64,000 nt of DNA, taken from Acidobacteriota bacterium. GTDB taxonomy: Bacteria > Acidobacteriota > Terriglobia > Terriglobales > Acidobacteriaceae. The stretch is from contig PJLO01000002.1 of the NCBI GenBank assembly GCA_003010405.1, positions 121,882 through 185,881 on the forward strand, read 5' to 3'. Shown piece by piece: positions 55,671 to 64,000 of the stretch; within the stretch, counting starts at the first letter, position 1; each line of letters opens with the position of its first letter. Position numbers and translations under genes: made by a program. A model generated the notes under the pieces. It saw only the letters and a list, made by a program, of their open reading frames with translations. It was not told the DNA's origin and did not search any database.

Positions 55671-57278
55671 CTACTGTTTCTTTACCCGCAGATCATGTCC
55701 CGTCATTTCCGTTGGCTGCTTCACTTCCAGAATTCCGAGTATGGTTGGTGAAATATCCTGCAGGGCACCGTCTGGACGCAGTATGAAGTGGTTTGCCTCC
55801 TCGCCGATGTAGAGGAAGGGAACAGGGTTGGTGGTATGTGCTGTGAACGGCCCGCCTGTCGCTGGATCAATCATCTCTTCTGCGTTGCCGTGGTCGGCCG
55901 TCACCAGCATTGTGCCGCCGCACCGCTTCACCGCCGCATAGACTTCTCCCACGCAGGCATCCACGGCCTCAATCGCTTTTACCGTCGGCTCAATTTTGCC
56001 AGAGTGTCCAACCATGTCGGCATTGGCAAAATTCACCACCAACACGTCAAATGTGTTGTCCTCAATGTGCTTCACCACCTGAGCGGCAATCCCGGCAGCG
56101 CTCATCTCCGGCTTCAGATCATAAGTGGCAACCTTCGGAGATTGCACCAGCACGCGATCCTCGCCGGGGAACGGCTTCTCCACGCCGCCATTGAAGAAGA
56201 ACGTAACGTGCGCGTACTTTTCCGTCTCGGCTACGCGCAGATTGCGCATGTTCTGAGCCGCCATGACGTCCGCCAGGATGTTGTTCATCTGCTCCGGCGG
56301 AATCACTGTCGGCAATTTAAATTTCAGGTCATACTCGGTCAGGCAAAGGTAGTGCAAGTGCTTTGGCAGCTCTCGCGCCGGGATTTCGGATTCGAGCCGA
56401 TCCGCATCCGGCAGGTCGCATCCGCCCAGAGCCGTAATGCCGCTCTCACGCGTTAGCACCTGCGTAATCTGCCGTGCCCTGTCTGCCCTGAAATTGAAGT
56501 TGATAACGACATCTTCGTCGCGAATCGTCCCTACCGGCTCTTTCTTCTCGTCTACGCACACGAACGGAATTACGAACTCGTCGTTCACGCCGCGACTGTA
56601 AGATTCCCTCACTGCCTTCACCGGATCGGTTGCCATGCCGCCTTCGGCTTTGCCGCGCACCATGGCGTCGAATGCCTTGCGCTCACGTTCCCATTTCTTG
56701 TCGCGGTCCATCGCGTAGTAGCGGCCGCACACGCTGGCGATCTTGCCGATGCCATACTCGCGCATCTTTTGCTGGAGCTTTTCCAGGTAGCCGGCCCCGG
56801 AATCCGGTGGCGTGTCTCGCCCGTCCAGGAAGGCGTGGACAAACGCCCGCTCCACGCCGTTCTGCTTGGCCATCTCCAGCAGCGCGTACAAATGATTTTC
56901 GTGTGAGTGAACGCCGCCGTCGCTGAGCAGCCCGATGAAGTGCAATCGCCTGCCATTTACCCGCGCCTGCTTCATCGCTTCCAGCAGCAGCGGATGCTTG
57001 AAGAGTTCGCCGTTTTCGATCATCAGATCCAGCCGCGTAATGTCCATGTAAACCACGCGACCAGCGCCAATGTTCAGGTGTCCAACTTCGCTGTTGCCCA
57101 TCTGCCCGACAGGTAAACCTACGGCGCGCCCACTGGTTTGAATCAGCGTGTTGGGAAATTCGCGAAGCAGCTTGTCATAGGTTGGCTTGCGTGCCAACGA
57201 GATTGCGTTCGATTTCGAGGGCGGAGCGTAACCCCACCCATCCAGGATGATGAGCACGAGCGGTTTGGGTCGAGCCAT
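55671..57278 (-). CDS. gpmI: 2,3-bisphosphoglycerate-independent phosphoglycerate mutase
   Basis: [41 protein letters not shown]. Confidence 0.95.
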   Translation of the reverse strand: MARPKPLVLIILDGWGYAPPSKSNAISLARKPTYDKLLREFPNTLIQTSGRAVGLPVGQMGNSEVGHLNIGAGRVVYMDITRLDLMIENGELFKHPLLLEAMKQARVNGRRLHFIGLLSDGGVHSHENHLYALLEMAKQNGVERAFVHAFLDGRDTPPDSGAGYLEKLQQKMREYGIGKIASVCGRYYAMDRDKKWERERKAFDAMVRGKAEGGMATDPVKAVRESYSRGVNDEFVIPFVCVDEKKEPVGTIRDEDVVINFNFRADRARQITQVLTRESGITALGGCDLPDADRLESEIPARELPKHLHYLCLTEYDLKFKLPTVIPPEQMNNILADVMAAQNMRNLRVAETEKYAHVTFFFNGGVEKPFPGEDRVLVQSPKVATYDLKPEMSAAGIAAQVVKHIEDNTFDVLVVNFANADMVGHSGKIEPTVKAIEAVDACVGEVYAAVKRCGGTMLVTADHGNAEEMIDPATGGPFTAHTTNPVPFLYIGEEANHFILRPDGALQDISPTILGILEVKQPTEMTGHDLRVKKQ

Positions 57279-57322
57279 GGTGTTTCAAATACTCCCTGCG
57301 AACTGTGCGTAAAGTTGACGCA

Positions 57323-57916
57323 CTATTTGGACTTGTCGTCCGTATTCCCTGATTTGTTGTCTTCAGCCTTAGGCTTCTCGGCTTTTGGTGGTTTCTGCTT
57401 TTCCAACTCTGCCTCCAAAGCCTTACCCTTGCGCGCGAGTTCTTCGTTATAAGCCTTCAGTTTTTCCTGTACCAGTTTTCCGCCGCTCTCGTTGGACTCG
57501 CGAACGACCAACGGCATCTTTTCCATCAGTCGCTTTCCCGCTGCCGATGAGTAGAAGTCGATTCCGGCCTGCACATCCGCGGAGCTCAGATGCTTCTGGT
57601 ACACGGGAATCAACGTATCCTCAATTTCATCGAAGCCGAACAGCTTCACGGAATCAAACACCGCGTCGAGCTTCTTCAGTGTGGTCAGGTCGACCTCTGG
57701 ATGATTTATCTGGAACGTTGTGCGTGCCGAAACCTTTACCTGGTCCTGCATATTCTTCAGCGTAGCATTCACGTTCTGCCGAACACCCATCACCGACATC
57801 AGCTTTAGCACCTGCTCGCGCGAAGGTCTGGTGCTATCCGGAGCGCCCTGCTGCGCAATCCCCAGTCCACCTGTCATTGTGCACAGCAGAACCAACACTC
57901 CCATGCGACGAATCAT
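57323..57916 (-). CDS. DUF2059 family secreted protein with lysine-rich tail
   Basis: Signal peptide. The YQKHLSSADVQAGIDFYSSAAGKRLMEKMP pattern fits DUF2059. C-terminal KPPKAEKPKAEDNK low-complexity tail. Confidence 0.6.
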   Translation of the reverse strand: MIRRMGVLVLLCTMTGGLGIAQQGAPDSTRPSREQVLKLMSVMGVRQNVNATLKNMQDQVKVSARTTFQINHPEVDLTTLKKLDAVFDSVKLFGFDEIEDTLIPVYQKHLSSADVQAGIDFYSSAAGKRLMEKMPLVVRESNESGGKLVQEKLKAYNEELARKGKALEAELEKQKPPKAEKPKAEDNKSGNTDDKSK

Positions 57917-58042
57917 CGATTTCTCCTAAACTTTCTGGACACTTTGATGTGTCTGCACGAAGCAGGCAGCAGGAAATTGCTGCTGCGTTCGTGAATTTCC
58001 GGACTCCCCGCTTGCCCTTTGGGGTCGGGGAGTCCGGAATCC

Positions 58043-59530
<1,488 letters not shown>

Positions 59531-59739
59531 TTATATGCTACTCAGCCCTTTCCACGCGTTCGAATGGCAATTGTTCGCTGCTGGCGACTCTACGTCTTAC
59601 CAAGCAGTATTTTCCCGATTGCGATGGTTTTCCCTGGTGCGAGTGGACTTAACTGGCTTGGTTCAGGCGCGTTGCGCGAAAAATCGGGCTGCTCTACGCT
59701 CGTCTGGGCGGGTCCATTTCTGCTGCCCAGGAGTTGTCA

Positions 59740-60504
59740 ATGAACAGCGCGTCCCGGCTGCTTTGTATAGGGGTGCTAGGCACAGCGGCCTTTGCCCAGA
59801 CCCACCAACCCTTTGTAACCGCTGACCCTGCGCTTGCGCATGAGAACCTGGGAGCAACGGCGCAGCCCGGAAAAGAAACCACCAAGGTGGCCATGGCTGC
59901 CAGCCAGCGGGAATTGCAGATCCGCCCCGAGCACACCGTGCTGCCGATCGCCACCGTCCTCCGCCTCAAACTTGATCGCAGTGTTTCGACAGCCAGCGCC
60001 AAGCCCGGCGAGCGATTCACCGCCACGCTCACTCGCCCCGTCGAAGTGAGTGGGCGCATAGTCGTTCCCGCCGGAGCCTCCGTAAACTGCACTATTGAAA
60101 AGGCTCATGGAGCGCGGCGCTTTAAGGGCAAGCCTCTGATTTATATCAAGGCCCATAGCATGAGGATGGCGAACGGCGAGGAAATCAACTTCGCGGCTAC
60201 CGTCGTCGATACCTCCAATCCTCGTCAATTGAATGTCGATCAGGAAGGCAGAGTCCGTGGCGCGTCGCCGAACCCGATGAATAAGGTTGAAACGGGCGCG
60301 CTGGCCGGTGTGGGTGCCGTTGCGGGCACCGTCATTGCTGGCCCCTATGGATTACTGTTTGGCGCAGCAAGCGGCGCCGCCATCGCTGCCGGACACATCG
60401 CCGTGAAACATCGCGACCTGACCCTGCCGGCCGGAACCGAACTGATTCTCGAACTTGACGCCCCTGCCGCCATTTCCCGCCCGCAGATGGGAGGCATGCA
60501 GTAG
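59740..60504 (+). CDS. Hypothetical secreted protein with C-terminal glycine-zipper segment
   Basis: ATG at 59740 after AGGAG. Signal peptide MNSASRLLCIGVLGTAAFAQ. Has repeated (I/L)PAG..(V/I) beta-sandwich-like motifs and GALAGVGAVAGTVIAGPYGLLFGAASGAAIAAG. Confidence 0.5.
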   Translation: MNSASRLLCIGVLGTAAFAQTHQPFVTADPALAHENLGATAQPGKETTKVAMAASQRELQIRPEHTVLPIATVLRLKLDRSVSTASAKPGERFTATLTRPVEVSGRIVVPAGASVNCTIEKAHGARRFKGKPLIYIKAHSMRMANGEEINFAATVVDTSNPRQLNVDQEGRVRGASPNPMNKVETGALAGVGAVAGTVIAGPYGLLFGAASGAAIAAGHIAVKHRDLTLPAGTELILELDAPAAISRPQMGGMQ

Positions 60505-60577
60505 CTAAACGAAACCATCGTGATCGCAGCTTTCAGCCCGGTTTCTGCCGGGCTGAACCGTTATTGCTGGATCAAGA

Positions 60578-61153
60578 TCAGAAGCGGAATGTAGGACCCG
60601 CTGTCACGCGCAGGTTGTTATTCGCTCCCCTGTCGAAGTAAATTTCATCTCCCACCTCGAAGCGCACTCCGAACCATCCCGAAAATAGCTCAACTCCTCC
60701 CGCCGGGTAAAAAACGCCATTCGTGTCGCTGGGGATGTTGAGTATTTGCCCAGATAATCTTCTATCGGTCGAAAAGTCCAATAGTCCACCTTTCAGCGTA
60801 GCGAAAAGGCGCACCGGGCCGGATGTGCCAGCCTGAAATTTCGGACCGAATAGAAAATGGATCATCCGCAAGTTGCTGCGCTGGCTAGTGAAACTCCCGC
60901 CGCCCAGATTGATCTGCGAATTCACATTCTGCTCAAAATCGTAAGCTCCTTCAGCTTCCAACTGTATGTGCGGATGTACATTTGCTCCGATTCGCCCGCC
61001 AATGCCGTAGAAATTGGTATCCGACGCACTGCTCAGACGCGTGTAATTCATGAACACGCCAACTTCAGCGTGGTTGTAGGAGCCCTGTGCAAAACAAACT
61101 GGAACCAACAAAAGCAACGCCATCAGCGTTCCGAGGAGTTTGTAGCTCTTCAT
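60578..61153 (-). CDS. Outer-membrane beta-barrel (OmpW/OmpA-barrel-like) protein
   Basis: ORF trimmed to MKSYKLLGTLMALLLLVPVCFAQ. Alternating hydrophobic beta-strand pattern and a C-terminal ...TAGPTFRF with terminal Phe. Confidence 0.65.
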   Translation of the reverse strand: MKSYKLLGTLMALLLLVPVCFAQGSYNHAEVGVFMNYTRLSSASDTNFYGIGGRIGANVHPHIQLEAEGAYDFEQNVNSQINLGGGSFTSQRSNLRMIHFLFGPKFQAGTSGPVRLFATLKGGLLDFSTDRRLSGQILNIPSDTNGVFYPAGGVELFSGWFGVRFEVGDEIYFDRGANNNLRVTAGPTFRF

Positions 61154-61285
61154 ACGGACCATCTCCAAGCAGCTCGGTCCTGCCAAGCAGATAACGTTAG
61201 CTGCAAATTGAATTTGTCGATGAGATGGTCGACGCTTGCCGTAGATGGCCAATAGCAATCCGAACAATAGAGTAGCTCTCGTTTT

Positions 61286-62560
61286 TTATTCCACGATTTT
61301 CCCCAGCGCTTCAAAGAATTCCGGGAACGAGACAGCAATCGCCTCCGCGCCTGTAATCGTGGTCTCGCCCTCAGCACGCAATGCCGCAACCGCAAACGCC
61401 ATTGCAATGCGATGATCAGCAAAGCTCTCTATGCGCGCGCCGTGCAACTTCTGACCTCCTGGAATACGCATTCCATCCGGCAACTCTTCTACCTCTGCGC
61501 CCATTGCTCGCAGGTTTCGGACGACCGCGCTGATGCGATCGCTTTCTTTCACGCGCAACTCGGCCGCATCGCGTATCTCCACTCCGCCTGCGCTGTACGG
61601 GGCTACGGCAGCGATGGCGGGCAGCTCGTCAATCAGCGCTGCGCTTTCTGCTCCGCGAATCACTCCACCCTTGAAAACATCGCCCTCGGCTTTCAGAGTC
61701 CCGACCAATTCCCCGAACTGTTCTTCCACGCTGATGAAACTGATTTTCACGCCCATCGCCGTAAGAACATCCAGCACCACGGAGCGCGTAGGATTCAGCA
61801 ATACCGAGTCCACCACCAGATTCGATCCCGGGAACAGCGCCGCAGCACACAGGAAAAACGTTACAGAGGAGAGGTCTCCCGGAACGTACGCTTTCACTGC
61901 CCGCAGCTTCTGTCCCCCGCGCACGCTCACGCGATTTCCTTCACGCAGCACCTCACCGCCAAAGGCCTTCACTGCAAGTTCCGTATGATCGCGCGTCCGC
62001 ACCGGCTCAATCACCGAGGTCTCGCCATCGGCGAATAGTCCCGCCAGCAGCACGCAACTCTTCACCTGTGCGCTCGCCACGGGAGGCTCATACACCATCC
62101 CCTTCAGCTTCGCGCCATGAATTGTTAGCGGCGCACAACCATCATGCGATTCAATCCGCGCCCCCATCTTCTCCAGTGGATCGATCACACGCCGCATCGG
62201 ACGCTTGCTCAATGACGCATCGCCGATCATCACGCTCGTAAAGGGTTGTGCCGCCAAAACTCCGCTCAACATTCGCATAGTCGAGCCGCTGTTGCCACAA
62301 TCAAGTTCCCGCGCCGGAGCCTGCAACGTGCCGCCAACTCCGTCCACCTCAACGTGGTTGCCGTTGCGCCGAACCCGCGCACCCAGCGCTTCCATGCATC
62401 CCAGCGTGCTTGCGCAGTCGGCTGAACTCGAAAAATTTTCAAACTCCGATGTGCCTTCGGCAATTCCCGCCAGCATTGCGTACCGGTGTGACACCGATTT
62501 GTCTCCCGCCGTCCGTACGCTGCCTCGAATCTTTTTTGCCGAGCTAACTTTTACGTCCAT
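61286..62560 (-). CDS. aroA: 3-phosphoshikimate 1-carboxyvinyltransferase (EPSP synthase)
   Basis: GDKSVSHRYAMLA, CGNSGSTMRMLSG, VKESDRI, DHRIAMAFAVA. Confidence 0.95.
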   Translation of the reverse strand: MDVKVSSAKKIRGSVRTAGDKSVSHRYAMLAGIAEGTSEFENFSSSADCASTLGCMEALGARVRRNGNHVEVDGVGGTLQAPARELDCGNSGSTMRMLSGVLAAQPFTSVMIGDASLSKRPMRRVIDPLEKMGARIESHDGCAPLTIHGAKLKGMVYEPPVASAQVKSCVLLAGLFADGETSVIEPVRTRDHTELAVKAFGGEVLREGNRVSVRGGQKLRAVKAYVPGDLSSVTFFLCAAALFPGSNLVVDSVLLNPTRSVVLDVLTAMGVKISFISVEEQFGELVGTLKAEGDVFKGGVIRGAESAALIDELPAIAAVAPYSAGGVEIRDAAELRVKESDRISAVVRNLRAMGAEVEELPDGMRIPGGQKLHGARIESFADHRIAMAFAVAALRAEGETTITGAEAIAVSFPEFFEALGKIVE

Positions 62561-62704
62561 TTACAAAACCTCGCCCTGGGCTGACCGGCACTGATTCCAC
62601 CGCGCTAAGTCATCGTATAAAAAATATAAATCGTGCTTCGGAGTTGAAAGAGAACAGGCCGTCTTTCGTCTTTTGCCGTCTGTGAAACTCAGGCAACCAA
62701 GCCT

Positions 62705-63505
62705 CTAGCGCCCGTTCCTTTCCAGAAATTCACGTAAAATGCGACCAACTTCGGCAGGCTGCTCCAGAGCGGCAAGATGGCCGGCCTTTCCGATAATTCT
62801 TAATTCAGCACCGCGAATTCCGCGCGCCATCCGCTCAAGTTCGCTCACCGGAGAAGGCACATCGTCCTCTCCTCCGAGCACCAGAGTAGGGACGTTGATC
62901 TGCGCCAGTGTCGTAGAGCTGTCCGCGCGCAGGGCCATGCCACGCTGCATCGCAGCCATCCCTGCTGCTCGTGCATGTTGCATAGTTGCTTTTGCACTCT
63001 CAACCAGGTCCAGCCGTGAGCTCAGCGTGACCGGCGCCAGCATCTTTGGCATCATCTGTTCGATCGCCCACTCGGGGCCTCTCTTCAAAACATCTTCCGC
63101 ATTCTGTAACCGTCCCGCGCGACCTTCGTCGGTGTCTACGCCAGCCCTGGTGTCCATCAGCACCAGCGCCTTCACGCGCTCGCGGCAACGTCGCCAGAAT
63201 TCGAATAAAACGTAGCCGCCTACCGAACATCCCACAAATACAGCCCGGCCAATCTTCAGTTCATCACAGAGTCGCAGCAAATCCCCGGCTAGTTTTTCCA
63301 TTGTGGTATCGCCTGCACCAGCTCCGGATTGCCCCAATCCGCGTAGGTCCGGCAGCACCAGCCGGAAGCGTGACTCCAGATGCTCCGTCATCGGCAGCCA
63401 ATAAGTGTGATCGCAGGGATATGGATGCACCATCACGACATCCGGCCCTTCACCCCGAACTTCGTAAAACAGATCGATATCGTCGATTCGCAGAATCATT
63501 GGCAC
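62705..63505 (-). CDS. Alpha/beta-fold hydrolase (3-oxoadipate enol-lactonase-like)
   Basis: GCSVGG nucleophile elbow (GxSxG), HP oxyanion region VMVHPYP, late GHLAALEQP catalytic His. Confidence 0.8.
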   Translation of the reverse strand: MPMILRIDDIDLFYEVRGEGPDVVMVHPYPCDHTYWLPMTEHLESRFRLVLPDLRGLGQSGAGAGDTTMEKLAGDLLRLCDELKIGRAVFVGCSVGGYVLFEFWRRCRERVKALVLMDTRAGVDTDEGRAGRLQNAEDVLKRGPEWAIEQMMPKMLAPVTLSSRLDLVESAKATMQHARAAGMAAMQRGMALRADSSTTLAQINVPTLVLGGEDDVPSPVSELERMARGIRGAELRIIGKAGHLAALEQPAEVGRILREFLERNGR

Positions 63506-63699
63506 ATTCTAAACTCTTTAGGGTCAACGACGGGATTTCTATAAGCTTGTATCCAAAACGGACATTAGTTCATCAAAGTGTCAGAATGGGCCTACGCTTA
63601 AGTCCGCGACTGCAATTGAATCGGCTTTGGCCGGGAAGTGGTGGTAATTATGGGTTCGTGAGCGCCTCTACACAACCCGGTACCGTTGTAGCCAGCCTT

Positions 63700-64000
63700 A
63701 TGCCAAATCTCATCAATGCCGAATCAAAGTCGTACACACGGTATATTGCGCGACAGCCAATCCTGAATCGCGAACAGGATACACACGCGTACGAATTGCT
63801 GTTCCGCTCCGGCACTGACAATTTCTTTTTGTGTGATGATCCTGATGCTGCCACCCACCACACAATAGACTTCTCCCTGCTTTTTGGCACGTCGGCGCTG
63901 ACGGGCGGACGCCCGGCTTTCATCAATTGCACTCGGAACATTTTGTTGAACGACATTATCACGCTGCTACCCCGTGACCGCGCCGTGATTGAAGTGCTGG
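63700..64000 (+). CDS. EAL + HDOD-type (YuxH-like) signalling protein, N-terminal part (continues off the right edge)
   Basis: Manual translation gives MPNLINAESKSYTRYIARQPILNREQDTHAYELLFRSG...GGRPAFINCTRNILL...LPRDRAVIEVL. The IARQPI...YELLFR N-terminus is typical of this family. It is absent from the ORF track because no stop lies in the window. Confidence 0.6.
   Translation, partial: MPNLINAESKSYTRYIARQPILNREQDTHAYELLFRSGTDNFFLCDDPDAATHHTIDFSLLFGTSALTGGRPAFINCTRNILLNDIITLLPRDRAVIEVL

Noticed and set aside
57966-58041. Two hairpins downstream of enolase: CCGGACTCCCCG...CGGGGAGTCCGG (12-bp stem) and GCAGCA...TGCTGC
   Set aside because: They are real inverted repeats but lack a following U-tract on the relevant (minus) strand. 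They may act as a U-tract-independent terminator or an mRNA-stabilising element; this is not enough to call a feature.

Overview
This is a gene-dense bacterial chromosomal window of moderately high GC (judged by eye). The protein sequences look like Acidobacteriota/Terriglobia, but that is inference only. I support about 55 protein-coding genes. I found no rRNA, tRNA, CRISPR array, transposase, integrase or other obvious mobile element. Most of the content is core metabolism and housekeeping: a fused 2-oxoacid dehydrogenase E1, PFOR/NifJ with a DHOD-like partner, a SerA and class-V aminotransferase pair, RNase D, ErpA, RlmN, TypA/BipA, an ABC-F protein, EngB, a PiT and DUF47 pair, GpmI, enolase and AroA. 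Two larger functional blocks stand out. (1) A minus-strand type IV pilus / T2SS-like block (22.2-33.5 kb) holds two tandem pilins, one with a near-consensus sigma-54 promoter. It also holds an ABC-2 exporter + TPR + LolA-like operon reminiscent of Myxococcus PilGHI, then PilC/PilB/PilM/PilN/PilO, a PilP-like protein and an atypical pseudopilin. No secretin, PilT or prepilin peptidase is in the window. (2) A MurNAc/peptidoglycan-recycling block (38.7-45.6 kb) holds MurQ, a sodium:solute symporter, a fused AmiE-like serine hydrolase/DUF1343 (NamZ-like) protein and a GH3 NagZ. I see no clear-cut novel multi-gene system such as a defence island. The best unexplained signals are three. First, a tandem pair of 91-aa CC...CX5C proteins, each with its own duplicated TTGACA-17-TAnCAT promoter (37.7-38.6 kb). 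Second, a 462-nt gene-free region between the ABC-F gene and typA, with a 34-nt direct repeat pair, an extended hairpin and a plus-strand intrinsic terminator (candidate sRNA or leader). Third, an orphan 75-aa gene with its own terminator in an AT-rich spacer (52 kb). All family calls rest on motif recognition and recall, not on database searches.
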